Shown one piece after another: positions 35,541 to 45,019 of a stretch of 56,419 bases of DNA. Both the position numbers and the translations under genes were made by a program. The stretch is taken from positions 1-56,419 of the IMG/VR virus record IMGVR_UViG_3300021354_000009. One strand, written 5' to 3'. The notes under the pieces are model-generated. The model worked only from the letters and a program-made list of their open reading frames with translations, did not search any database and was not told the origin of the DNA. Source of the DNA: a virus. Its lineage: Duplodnaviria; Caudoviricetes. Within the stretch, counting starts at the first letter, position 1, and the number at the start of each line of letters is the position of its first letter.

Positions 35541-37108
35541 TTACTACCTATCGCTTTCAAAAACACAGCCATATCACTGGGTGCTTTATTTGCTTTTTTG
35601 TACGCCATGTTGAATTGCATGATTTTGTTATGCACATTACGTGTAATCTCAACAGTTGGTTGAGTCGTAAATTTCCACATAGGATCTTGGCCAGTGATCT
35701 TTCTATACAAGTGATAAGCACGACCTTGTTGAGACTCTGGTTTAGAGTGTTTGCGTGCATAAGTCACCACTTGAGCCCATAGGTGTTCAGCGTTGTCAGC
35801 AAGCTTTTTTTTGTTCTTACCCTCACCAATAAAGATCTCAGACATGTGACCATCTTTGGCGTCTTCCATGAGCTTGGATGGTCGCTCATATCCACAACCC
35901 ATACAACGCTTAGTGAACGGTTTATACCCACACTTGGGGCAACCTTTCATCTCGTAGTCTTCGTCTTTACGGATCTTCTTATCGAGCTTCTCGCCCGTGT
36001 CTAGCTCTGCTAAACCATTGAAAAATATGTCAGTGAAGTCTTCGGCAAAGCGAATGATGTTGCCACTAAAGTCCAATAGGTAACAGTCTTTTTTATCATT
36101 CTCAGGAGACGACCGTAAGCCACGTCCCCACATCTGGATGGCAGTAGACAACGACTTACGCAATGGGCGTGCGTCACACACGCAACCCACGTCAGGTACG
36201 TCAAAGCCTTTGGCTAGTGCTTCCACGGAAATCAAAACACGCAAAACACTGTCTGGTCTACGGTACTCTTCCAAAAGCAATTCACGCTCTTTGTCGGTGG
36301 TTTGTGAAGTAAAGACCGCGGCCATAACGCCTTGGTCAATAAACGACCTACACAACTCCTCACAGTGCTTGATCGTCGCCCCAAACACAATGGTTTTGCG
36401 ATTCTCAGCAAATGTTAACCACTCGTTTACAACGTCACCGACGATGCCCATCTCACGCTCTTCTGCCGCCTTATCCGTCCACTCACCGCCCGCAGTATCT
36501 GCACCCTTCATATCGGGCTTTGTGCAAGAAAATATCCTCATGGGCACCAACACCCCTGATTCAGTCAGATCGTGCATCGTGGTGGCGTTTATGAGGTTTG
36601 TGAATATTTTGCCTAAGCCATTGGAAAACGGTGTGGCTGAGAGTCCAATAATCGCCGCACCACTTTGCAACGCATAGTCCGTCCACACCTTGTATTGGGT
36701 ATGCGCTTCGTCCACCACCAGAACGTCCAACTGTGGCCAGAACTCACGCTTTGCGATGGTCTGGGCGGACGCTATCTGCAATAACATCTCAGGGCTTTTG
36801 CGCCAATGGTTGGCTTGGATAATTCCATGCTCACTAAGCCCATAGGCGTCTGCCACTGTAGAAGTCTGGTTGATCAGAGTAGTACGGTCACACAGAAATA
36901 CCGCACGCTTACCCTTTTGCATGGCTTCATTACAAATTCTTAATCCAAGGTAAGTCTTGCCCGCCCCTGTTGGAGCCATAATCAATTGATTCTTATGGCC
37001 AGACTTAAACCCTTTACGAAGTTGCTCGTGGGCAGACAGTTGGAAAGGGCGTGGTTCAGGAAAAGTTGTTCCATCATCACACCCACTTGGTGCTAGGTTT
37101 TTGGTCAT
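35537..37108 (-). CDS. SF2 DEAH-box helicase with C-terminal Zn ribbon
   Basis: APTGAGKT, VDEAH, GLSATP, QMWGRGLR and CPKC...CMGC. Confidence 0.93.
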   Translation of the reverse strand: MTKNLAPSGCDDGTTFPEPRPFQLSAHEQLRKGFKSGHKNQLIMAPTGAGKTYLGLRICNEAMQKGKRAVFLCDRTTLINQTSTVADAYGLSEHGIIQANHWRKSPEMLLQIASAQTIAKREFWPQLDVLVVDEAHTQYKVWTDYALQSGAAIIGLSATPFSNGLGKIFTNLINATTMHDLTESGVLVPMRIFSCTKPDMKGADTAGGEWTDKAAEEREMGIVGDVVNEWLTFAENRKTIVFGATIKHCEELCRSFIDQGVMAAVFTSQTTDKERELLLEEYRRPDSVLRVLISVEALAKGFDVPDVGCVCDARPLRKSLSTAIQMWGRGLRSSPENDKKDCYLLDFSGNIIRFAEDFTDIFFNGLAELDTGEKLDKKIRKDEDYEMKGCPKCGYKPFTKRCMGCGYERPSKLMEDAKDGHMSEIFIGEGKNKKKLADNAEHLWAQVVTYARKHSKPESQQGRAYHLYRKITGQDPMWKFTTQPTVEITRNVHNKIMQFNMAYKKANKAPSDMAVFLKAIGSK

Positions 37109-37941
37109 TTTTTACCTTTTAATTTGTCGTTTTCTTTCTGGAGTTTTTGGCACAACTTGATGCACTCGCTCTTCTCACGCATGATTGAGGCTATACGCAC
37201 ATCTTTTTGAGCCACCAAATGGTTCAGACGCTTGATGTCTTGGTATGCCGTAGCTAGCGCATCGTCAGACTCTAGAAGCTTGGTAATAGCATCCATGTCA
37301 GATTTCATGGCTAACTCATTGGCTTTTAACTCTTCATCGTCTGGGGCGTTACCGTCTAAAATGGATGGTTTGGGTTCAAGCCCAGTTGAACTGGACTCGG
37401 CACTACCAGTTGAACTGGACTCTTGACCCCCAGTTGAACTGGACTCGGTAGTGCCAGAAATCTTCTTTTGGTAGTGAGCTAGACGGTTTTGCTCTTGCTT
37501 TTTCCTGACCTCTGGGTTGCGCTCCGCGGCCACAAACGTCTCTGAAACTTCGCACAACTTAGCAAGTTGGATGTTGCTCAAATCCTTGTGACGGTCTTGG
37601 GATAAAGCCCATTGAACTTTGTTTTTCTTATCTTCTTTGGTCAAGCCAAAGCCATGATCTTTGTTGGCACCAAGTGCTAGGTCTTGAGCATCTTCTTTGG
37701 TGCCTGGCCGATACTCAATCTCTATTTCTACAACATCAAGCTTCTTATACGCATGGTAACGGTGAAACCCATTCCATAACCAATACTCAGAACCATCAAA
37801 CGTAACTTGCATGGGTGGAAAAACATCCCCGTCTTCCATGCACTCAGCATAATGATTTATGTTTTTTTGGACAATCTTCTTTCTAAATTGTGTTTCACCA
37901 TCAATACGTATTTGATCTAACTTCACAGTTCTTTTTGTCAT
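37105..37941 (-). CDS. ParB-like (ParB/Srx-fold) protein with HTH and C-terminal coiled coil
   Basis: PPMQVTFDGSEYWLWNGFHRYHA (GxxRxxA arginine patch); HTH LSNIQLAKLCEVSETFV. Confidence 0.8.
   Translation of the reverse strand: MTKRTVKLDQIRIDGETQFRKKIVQKNINHYAECMEDGDVFPPMQVTFDGSEYWLWNGFHRYHAYKKLDVVEIEIEYRPGTKEDAQDLALGANKDHGFGLTKEDKKNKVQWALSQDRHKDLSNIQLAKLCEVSETFVAAERNPEVRKKQEQNRLAHYQKKISGTTESSSTGGQESSSTGSAESSSTGLEPKPSILDGNAPDDEELKANELAMKSDMDAITKLLESDDALATAYQDIKRLNHLVAQKDVRIASIMREKSECIKLCQKLQKENDKLKGKK
37382..37446. repeat. Three tandem 17-bp repeats (24-bp period), each containing the palindrome CCAGTTGAACTGG
   Basis: CCAGTTGAACTGGACTC at 37382, 37406 and 37430. Confidence 0.95.
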
Positions 37942-37954
37942 TCATTTCTCCAAT

Positions 37955-38058
37955 AAAAAAGCCCTAGACGAGACTCTCATTCTTGTGGAATGTTGGCGGA
38001 CACCGAGTAGGTGCAGAGTCTCGACTAGGGCTTACTCTAGACACGCCGCCAAGCGTTG
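37955..38058 (-). ncRNA. Structured leader RNA / attenuator, C4/P4-CI-like
   Basis: 18/19-bp closing stem (37959-37977 / 38015-38033), two inner hairpins, leader hairpin whose sequence UUGGCGG complements junction CCGCCAA, U6 tract. Confidence 0.65.
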
Positions 38059-38062
38059 AAAA

Positions 38063-38092
38063 ACTATATCACGAAAACAAATCTGGTCGCAA
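38063..38092 (-). promoter_or_regulatory. Promoter for the parB-helicase-primase operon
   Basis: TTGCGA-18-TATAGT with an extended TG. Confidence 0.55.
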
Positions 38093-38269
38093 TTCCTTCT
38101 TGCTAACCAATTGCTGAGTTGCTTCTTCAATCCTCACGCACAACAATGGGGATGCTTGCTTTTTACCACTCATCAGTAGTGAAAGCCACGTAGGTGTGAT
38201 GCCAAGGTGCTCCGCCATCTCAAGCTTCGCCCCCCTTGGCTCTGTCGAAAAATATTCTGTCAGAGTCAT
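38069..38269 (-). CDS. Cro/YdaS-like HTH regulator
   Basis: MAEHLGITPTWLSLLMSG...CVRIEEAT...ELRPDLF. Confidence 0.88.
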   Translation of the reverse strand: MTLTEYFSTEPRGAKLEMAEHLGITPTWLSLLMSGKKQASPLLCVRIEEATQQLVSKKELRPDLFS

Positions 38270-38391
38270 TGTTGTCCTTGAAGGGTGTTGGCAATGCGTC
38301 TCTCATAAAGCAGAGTGTTCGACTTCCTATGTATTTGCACAAAACGAGGAAGATAAGGCGCTAACCCTTATTACGCACTACCAACATTTGC

Positions 38392-38452
38392 ATTCTACAA
38401 TAACTCTTTGTTAGATTCAACTTGACACGTTGTTTTAATTATGTGTTATAGT
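38392..38452. promoter_or_regulatory. Divergent promoters with two operator-like boxes
   Basis: Minus strand TTGAAT-17-TAGAAT (38420..38392); plus strand TTGACA-19-TATAGT (38422..38452). Confidence 0.65.
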
Positions 38453-38487
38453 TGCCGTGCGGTATGTAACCGTTTAAGGAGTTTTAA

Positions 38488-39132
38488 ATGAGTTTTTTTG
38501 TTGAAAATAAAGGTAATTTTGAGTCAACCCCGTCAGGTTCTCACTTGGCAAGATGCTATCGAATCGTTGATCTCGGTACGCAAAAGACGGAGTACATGGG
38601 TGAGTCCAAGCTCCAACACAAGATCATGATTGGTTGGGAAATCCACGGAACGAATGAAGATGGCACCCCCATCAAAATGCGTGACGGACGCCCATTTGCC
38701 ATATTCAAGAACTACACCTTGTCATGGTCTGAGAAAGCCACCCTACGCATCCATTTGCAATCATGGCGTGGTAAGCCCTTCACCCAAGAAGAAATGCGTC
38801 GCTTTGACCTTAAAAACGTGCTTGGTGCATGGTGTATGTTGAACGTGATTGAGACTTCCAAAGATGGCAAGGTATACACCAACGTAGCTACCGTATCCCC
38901 AGTTCCATCGGTCATGAAGCAATCTGGTCTACCAGAGCCTGTTAATAAGAACGAACTGTTCGTACTCGATAAGCCAGACATGGAAATGTTCAACGGTTTT
39001 AGTGATCATTTGAAAACAAAAATTCAAGCATCACCAGAGTGGCAACAGTTGAATAGCAAGTCCAAGAAGATAGACGACATTGCTCCAAAGGTGGCTTCGT
39101 TTGATGAAGACGATAGCGATATTCCTTTTTAA
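38488..39132 (+). CDS. Single-stranded DNA-binding-like protein
   Basis: GSHLARCYRIVDLGTQ N-terminus; acidic tail FDEDDSDIPF. Confidence 0.75.
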   Translation: MSFFVENKGNFESTPSGSHLARCYRIVDLGTQKTEYMGESKLQHKIMIGWEIHGTNEDGTPIKMRDGRPFAIFKNYTLSWSEKATLRIHLQSWRGKPFTQEEMRRFDLKNVLGAWCMLNVIETSKDGKVYTNVATVSPVPSVMKQSGLPEPVNKNELFVLDKPDMEMFNGFSDHLKTKIQASPEWQQLNSKSKKIDDIAPKVASFDEDDSDIPF

Positions 39133-39147
39133 AACAAAGGTATTAAC

Positions 39148-39393
39148 ATGAAATACATAGCACTCTTGGCGGTGGTGCTTGTTGGTTGCTCATCGGGCAA
39201 TCAGTACCCCACCCAACAACTATTGATTGACAGACAGGTTTCGGCTTTTAGTCGTCAAGAAGTCATCAACGCTATCCACGACTGCCAGACCAATGGTATG
39301 AGAGCAGTCATGGTGACATCTAAAAAAAACGTAAGCGGACACATAACAGACGTCATCAGCGATGTTACGTGTGCGCCCATGTATAAATACTAG
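39148..39393 (+). CDS. Small lipoprotein
   Basis: Signal peptide II with lipobox LVGC. Confidence 0.75.
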   Translation: MKYIALLAVVLVGCSSGNQYPTQQLLIDRQVSAFSRQEVINAIHDCQTNGMRAVMVTSKKNVSGHITDVISDVTCAPMYKY

Positions 39394-39400
39394 GAAACAT

Positions 39401-40177
39401 ATGACAACAATCATCGCAAGGTCGGCTGAGTCCGTCCATTGGTATGGCAAAGATGGCTCACCACAGTACACCGTAAAGGCAAAGGATGGCTCAGACCGTC
39501 CTACGACCCTCAGAGACGCCCGAAAGTTCGACTTGGTACCCTCGGTTACCACCATCCTAAAAGTGTCTGCAAAGCCCAGTTTAGAAGTCTGGAAGAACGA
39601 GCAATTGTTGTTAGCGGCGCTCACTCTACCCAAGGTACAAGGTGAGACTGAAAAAGAGTTCATTGCTCGTGTGGTGTTTGATTCCAAGGAAACGGGCAAG
39701 CGTGCCGCAGAGCACGGCACCCGTATCCACGAAGAGATTGAAAAACACTTCGATGGCCAGAAGTCCCAACGTGGTATCAAGGTGGAAGAAGCTTTGTTCG
39801 AGCACTTCAAGCTTCACCCATTTCAAACTTGGTTGGTTGAACGCTCGTTTTCTAGCAACTTAGGGTTTGGTGGCAAGGTTGACTTGTATTGCAAGCCAGA
39901 CAAAGAAGCTCCACAAGGTCTAGTGGTTGATATCAAGACTAAAGACTTTGGGGTTGACGACAAGGTGGAAGCTTATGACGAGCATTTGATGCAACTCTCA
40001 GCCTATCGCTATGGCTTGGAAATCCCTCATGCACGGTGTGCAAACGTGTTTGTATCACGCACGCACGAAGGGTTAGTCAAGATCATCGAATGGTCTGAAG
40101 AAGACTTACAACGCGGTTGGGATATGTTCCAACATCTTCTTGGCTATTGGCTCCTCAAAAACAAATTTGGAGAATAA
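39401..40177 (+). CDS. PD-(D/E)XK exonuclease
   Basis: PSVTTIL, GTRIH, GGKVDL, VDIKTK and MQLSAY motifs. Confidence 0.88.
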   Translation: MTTIIARSAESVHWYGKDGSPQYTVKAKDGSDRPTTLRDARKFDLVPSVTTILKVSAKPSLEVWKNEQLLLAALTLPKVQGETEKEFIARVVFDSKETGKRAAEHGTRIHEEIEKHFDGQKSQRGIKVEEALFEHFKLHPFQTWLVERSFSSNLGFGGKVDLYCKPDKEAPQGLVVDIKTKDFGVDDKVEAYDEHLMQLSAYRYGLEIPHARCANVFVSRTHEGLVKIIEWSEEDLQRGWDMFQHLLGYWLLKNKFGE

Positions 40178-40179
40178 AA

Positions 40180-40710
40180 ATGGAAAGATCAAATGAAAAT
40201 ATATGGTTGTCTAGGTTAAAAGAAGCGCAACAAAAGCGAGACTTGGGATTGGCCACAGGAATAACACCAGTTGAACCAAAGCCAACAAATCCATTAAAGA
40301 CAACAGAACCACCAAAGGCACCAGAACCCTTGGTACAAGAGACTGTTATGAATGAGATACAAAAGACTTTGTTAAATAAAGCATTGCGTTATCTTTCTAG
40401 TATTGGTTGTAAGTTTGCTGTGATTGACCTAGACGGAAATAAGCACGGTGATTTACCAACAATTGAAAAGAAAAAGAGAAAAATTAGAGCACCAAAAAAA
40501 TATGGGCATGGCATGGTGACTAACTATCTACGCCCATTTCTTTTAAAGCTCGACAAAGTGGGCGCAACTGTCGATATACCATTTGGCGAATTTGATTATG
40601 AAACTCTTGGTAGCACGTCCTCATCATGGGCATGTAAGAACTATGGCAAAGGCGCGGTTAAATACACAACGCTACATGATATAAAAATCATTCAACTACA
40701 AAGGATCTAA
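40180..40710 (+). CDS. Hypothetical protein
   Basis: ATG at 40180 with GGAG RBS. Confidence 0.65.
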   Translation: MERSNENIWLSRLKEAQQKRDLGLATGITPVEPKPTNPLKTTEPPKAPEPLVQETVMNEIQKTLLNKALRYLSSIGCKFAVIDLDGNKHGDLPTIEKKKRKIRAPKKYGHGMVTNYLRPFLLKLDKVGATVDIPFGEFDYETLGSTSSSWACKNYGKGAVKYTTLHDIKIIQLQRI

Positions 40711-40712
40711 CA

Positions 40713-40913
40713 ATGACACCAGAACGCATGAACGAAATCTTCCGTGGTCTTAACCTAGAAGAGAACCACAATTTCCTTGAAGAAGACTTGAAACTACTTG
40801 CTGATGCTTACTTTGAAGAAGGCGCTAAAGAAGAACGCTCAGGTTGTATCAAGGTAGCAACTGACCTCAACCGTATAGTCGGTGAGAAGCTTGCTGAGGT
40901 ACGTGGTAAGTAA
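40713..40913 (+). CDS. Hypothetical protein
   Basis: 66 aa; AAGGA RBS. Confidence 0.65.
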   Translation: MTPERMNEIFRGLNLEENHNFLEEDLKLLADAYFEEGAKEERSGCIKVATDLNRIVGEKLAEVRGK

Positions 40914-40940
40914 AAAAAACCCCCACTGTTTAGGTGGGGG
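40912..40940 (-). terminator. Terminator at the convergence of early and late transcripts
   Basis: CCCCCAC/GTGGGGG stem followed by T8 on the minus strand. Confidence 0.8.
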
Positions 40941-40980
40941 CGAATGGCTTCTTGCAAAAGAAAACAATTCTATTTAATCT

Positions 40981-42441
40981 TTATCGTATCCTATTTCCCA
41001 TAGGATCTACGTCTGTGTTTTCTAACACGTAATCTTCTGGGTGCTTCTTCAAATGGCGCAAGCGATCACTCGCCGCTAAATACAACGGTACAGCACCGCC
41101 AGCAACGGATAAAGGCCCAGATGCAACTCCACCTACAAATGGGGCTATCGTGCTAGCAGTTGTGCCCATGGCAGAAAGAGCGGCCTCGGCTGGCTGTTTG
41201 TCCACTACACGGTTATATACGTCAGCAACACCGTGTGCAACGTTGGCACCAGTCAATGCACCAAGTGCTGGATATTTTAAATAAGGCAAATACCCTTTGG
41301 CATAATTTGCCACAGTACCTAGCATGCTAGGAGCTTCTGCAACTGGCGTGGGAACTGGGGGGATAGGTACATTAGGCGCACCACCAAACCTAGGCGACGG
41401 GCCTCGTCCAGCGCTTTCTGGAACAAACAAATTAGCACGGTTAGGATCAGGACGCATCTCAGGTGCAATTCGTCTTATCTTGTCTTCCGCGGCCATAGCT
41501 TGGAGCTTCATTTGATGAGCTTCAGCTTTGTCTCTTGCGTTTAACCCTACGTCTGTGTATCGACCTTGTGTGTCACCAGACTTAACCCAATTTTGAGTTT
41601 GATAACCGCCTGCGGGCTCGCCTTGTAATGGGCCTTGCGCAACAGGCAATTCACCCGTACTAGCTTTGCCCTTCAAAACCATATCTAGCACCTCAGCAGG
41701 CGATTTACCAGACTTTAAAGCGCTTATAGCTTCTGGATAAGATGCAAGTATCTTGGCCACATCTGTCTTCATGTGTAAGCCAGCCGCACCCGCCCCAATA
41801 CCAGCACCAGCCGTAGCACCAGCGCCCGCGCCTATGTAACTAGCAATTGCTTTTGGTATATGTGTAGCAGACTTTTCTTCATCAGTGATGGGCTTAGAAG
41901 CCACGTCAACTTTTTTCTCAACTTTTGGTTCTTCTGCTTCTGGTGCAGAAAATAACGCAGAAGGCAAATCACCACCGTAGAACTTGCCAATGGCATGCAT
42001 GTGTTTGATGGTTTCATCTGGCAAATCAGCCAAACTTCCAGACTCATAAAACTTGTTGCGAGTCTCCGTGCTTGCGTTGTAACCAGCCAGTACCTTGTAC
42101 GGGTCACTGCCAATCTTTTCGTTGCTCACTAGTTCTTTGAGCAAAGATATACCGCCACGGATGTTTTGTTGCAAATCATTGGGGTCAACTTTTAAACCCT
42201 TTGCTGTTTCTTCCATCAATTGCATGACGCCTATTGCGCCTTTAGGAGATACAGTATCTTGACTGAACTTGCTTTCTTGCATGACCATAGGAAAAACAAA
42301 CTCAGGATTTATCCCTTGCTTCCTAGCTTCTTTGTCAATTGCCAAAGCAATCTGCAAGCGATCACCACTGATATTGTGCTTGTGCAAAAACTGCAACTGT
42401 TTGTCGCTCAGATCAGATACCGATGATGTTTCCAATTCCAT
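40981..42441 (-). CDS. Ejection protein with lytic transglycosylase (SLT) domain
   Basis: QESKF...SPKGAIGVMQLM...QNIRGG...LAGYNA. Confidence 0.88.
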   Translation of the reverse strand: MELETSSVSDLSDKQLQFLHKHNISGDRLQIALAIDKEARKQGINPEFVFPMVMQESKFSQDTVSPKGAIGVMQLMEETAKGLKVDPNDLQQNIRGGISLLKELVSNEKIGSDPYKVLAGYNASTETRNKFYESGSLADLPDETIKHMHAIGKFYGGDLPSALFSAPEAEEPKVEKKVDVASKPITDEEKSATHIPKAIASYIGAGAGATAGAGIGAGAAGLHMKTDVAKILASYPEAISALKSGKSPAEVLDMVLKGKASTGELPVAQGPLQGEPAGGYQTQNWVKSGDTQGRYTDVGLNARDKAEAHQMKLQAMAAEDKIRRIAPEMRPDPNRANLFVPESAGRGPSPRFGGAPNVPIPPVPTPVAEAPSMLGTVANYAKGYLPYLKYPALGALTGANVAHGVADVYNRVVDKQPAEAALSAMGTTASTIAPFVGGVASGPLSVAGGAVPLYLAASDRLRHLKKHPEDYVLENTDVDPMGNRIR

Positions 42442-42450
42442 GGTAGATCC

Positions 42451-43911
42451 TTATGGCAATAAGCCACGTTTTTTCATTTCAGCTTCAATAGACGCATTGC
42501 TTTGTGTTGCAGATTTATTTGGAATAGTTGTTTTTGTTGGAGCAACTGCTTTTTCATTCTTTACTGCGTTCTGTGATGCAGATGGCGTGTACCAACTTGG
42601 CATTGTTTTGAAATCCAATGGATCACTCTTAGCAAGTGCAATTTGCTCTTCACGCAATTTGTTTTCCAATGCTCGTGCTTGCGTTCCTGTAAGCAACTTG
42701 CGTGCAGGAATATTGCTTTCAATGCGTAAGTCGTGACGGTCAAGATCATGTTTAGCTTGCAAGCCCATTTGATCCAAGATGCCAACAAAGCCCGCCTGAG
42801 AATTAGCAAGGCTTGGTGATTGGTTGCTATTAAGCTCTTGGAACGCATTGGTTGGGTTAACGCTAGAGCCACGCAAGTTGACCTCTAAACGAGCAATACC
42901 TTTGATCAACCTATCTGCTTTTGCACGAGTTGCATCATCAGCGTTCTTTAGGTTCTCCATGGCCGCCGCAGTTAAGCCCTCAATAGCCGCCTGTGTGTTG
43001 CCAGGGTTCTTATCAAGGTAAGCGCGGAACATACCAATTGCATCACCGTTCTTAAACAGTGAGAACAATGGAGCCAACTTTGGCTCAACCGCTAACGTGC
43101 GAAGGTATGTCAGATCATTCAACAAGTTATCAGCGCTACGAGCAACAAAAGCAGACTTTTGTTCTTCATCCATGCCTTTCTCATTTAAACGGTTTGCATA
43201 CTCAGCAACAGCATTTTGTTTTGCAGTTATACCCATTGCGTTCCACTGAGAATCTGGCATGTCTTTAGGCTTGCCTGTGTTAAGTTCTGTTAAATAATTT
43301 TTAATTTGATCTGGTTGCGGATCGGCAACCGTTCCTTTAAACATTGGATCTTTAAGAATCAAAAATGGATTTTCTGCAACAGCTTTTTGACCTTTAATTT
43401 CTGTTTCTGTTGAGACGTTTGATGTGGTAGCAATTGAAGCTTTAGCATCAAGCTCTGCTTTTACAGCTTTTGCTTGCTCAGAATCTGGGCCAGCTAAACG
43501 CACAATTTCTCTATAAGACTCAGGAGTTGCACCTTTTTCTTTCAAAATTCTGTCGGCTTCTGACCGTTGAGTTAGACCAGTTTTTTTGGCCGCAATCTCA
43601 GAACGCATCCTGTAAATTGTTGGCTCAATAGCTCTTTGTTGCTCTACGTTCTCGCCCATTACATCCGCGGCGGAGCCTAGCGATGCAAGGAAACCACCAA
43701 GTTGTGGCTTGGCAAAAGCTCCCGCAATCTTGAACCAATTGGGTTGTGCAAAACGCTCTTGCAACGCTTTAACATATTGCTCATTTGCCGCATCAGTTTC
43801 GTTAAGAGCTTGGGCAACACGAGGTATTTCTTGACCTGCAGGATTAGTCTTTGCCCAATCAGATGGCGGTTTTGCGGCTTCTGGAAATTCAACGCCTTTA
43901 AAGTCTGCCAT
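42451..43911 (-). CDS. Internal virion / DNA ejection protein
   Basis: Helical 486-aa protein in the ejection cluster. Confidence 0.65.
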   Translation of the reverse strand: MADFKGVEFPEAAKPPSDWAKTNPAGQEIPRVAQALNETDAANEQYVKALQERFAQPNWFKIAGAFAKPQLGGFLASLGSAADVMGENVEQQRAIEPTIYRMRSEIAAKKTGLTQRSEADRILKEKGATPESYREIVRLAGPDSEQAKAVKAELDAKASIATTSNVSTETEIKGQKAVAENPFLILKDPMFKGTVADPQPDQIKNYLTELNTGKPKDMPDSQWNAMGITAKQNAVAEYANRLNEKGMDEEQKSAFVARSADNLLNDLTYLRTLAVEPKLAPLFSLFKNGDAIGMFRAYLDKNPGNTQAAIEGLTAAAMENLKNADDATRAKADRLIKGIARLEVNLRGSSVNPTNAFQELNSNQSPSLANSQAGFVGILDQMGLQAKHDLDRHDLRIESNIPARKLLTGTQARALENKLREEQIALAKSDPLDFKTMPSWYTPSASQNAVKNEKAVAPTKTTIPNKSATQSNASIEAEMKKRGLLP

Positions 43912-43921
43912 GATCTACTCC

Positions 43922-45016
43922 TTACGGCTCGTATGTGTAATAAGTTGAACCATCATCTGGATTGGTGTGAGGATACAACTGATTGTTAGACCCATTAGGA
44001 TCAGAAAGAATATTATTTGCACTAGTATCTGGCAAACCAGTTACTGGATCATTAAAAAATCCTTTTATTGTGTCAAAGCCTTTTCCAAGCGCAGTTGACA
44101 ACCCAGAGTATGGAGTAACGCCCGCACTGTTTGGCGTAAACAGGCCTGCCGCGCCCGCTCCAACCGCACCAAGTGCCGACAATGGAGACATCTCTGCCGT
44201 TGTCTTTACTGTTGTTGGTGTTGTGTATCCACGTAGCAAACCAGACAACGTAGTCAAGTTTTGCAATGGGAACAATTGTTTGTTTTGTTCAATCGTTTGT
44301 TGTTGACCACCCAAAGTAGTCATAGCATTCAAACGAGCAAGCTCTAAGGCTTGATTTTGACCTGCAAGGCTAGACTGAGCGCCACCCAAAGTTGTTAAGT
44401 TTTGTTGACCCGAAGTTGCCGCGTTTGCGGCAGTGGAGCCCGCAGTGTTTGCAATCTGGTTCTGTTGAATTGCTGATTGCAACGCTGTGTTGTAACCAGT
44501 ATTCATAAGTTCTGCTTGCTTGTTCAAGATGTCACGGTTAGCGTTACTCAGAGTCTGTCCAAGCACCTCAGCACCACGCTTGGAGCCAAACTGACCACCG
44601 CCAACTGCTCCCGCAACAGCGCCTGGGGCCAAGTTCTGTGCAATGTTTCTTTGACCAGTTTCACCTAGCGCATTCACCACAGACGTGATGTATGGACTCA
44701 TGTACCCTTGAGCGGCGACCGATGGATTGGTCATTGCCGATGTCAAGTATGGGTTGGCCGCAGACAGTGGAGATGAAGAAGCTCCCGCCATGTTCAACGT
44801 ATCACCAGCCGTTGCAAGCGTTGGTTGATACGCTGACGTACCCACATCAGCTTCTCCAAAGGCCGAAGTCTGTAATGGTTGAGCACCAACGTATTGAGCA
44901 CCCGTTGTTGGATCTATCTGCGCAGTGCCTTGTTTGGCAATATTGCTTAGGTAGTCAGTGTAATAACTGGGGGTCGTGGTCGCTTGTGTTTGCGATGACT
45001 GTAAAAGATTTGCCAT
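43922..45016 (-). CDS. DNA transfer / pilot protein
   Basis: YMSPYITSVV...AVGGGQFGSKRG; Gln/Ala-rich; hydrophobic SPLSALGAVGAGAAGLF. Confidence 0.7.
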   Translation of the reverse strand: MANLLQSSQTQATTTPSYYTDYLSNIAKQGTAQIDPTTGAQYVGAQPLQTSAFGEADVGTSAYQPTLATAGDTLNMAGASSSPLSAANPYLTSAMTNPSVAAQGYMSPYITSVVNALGETGQRNIAQNLAPGAVAGAVGGGQFGSKRGAEVLGQTLSNANRDILNKQAELMNTGYNTALQSAIQQNQIANTAGSTAANAATSGQQNLTTLGGAQSSLAGQNQALELARLNAMTTLGGQQQTIEQNKQLFPLQNLTTLSGLLRGYTTPTTVKTTAEMSPLSALGAVGAGAAGLFTPNSAGVTPYSGLSTALGKGFDTIKGFFNDPVTGLPDTSANNILSDPNGSNNQLYPHTNPDDGSTYYTYEP

Positions 45017-45019
45017 GTT

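Noticed and set aside
37382-37446. Mini CRISPR array
   Set aside because: 17-bp repeats with 7-bp spacers are too short, lie in frame inside a gene, and there are no cas genes.
37955-38058. tRNA
   Set aside because: Only two inner arms, a 19-bp closing stem and no T-loop GTTC or CCA end.
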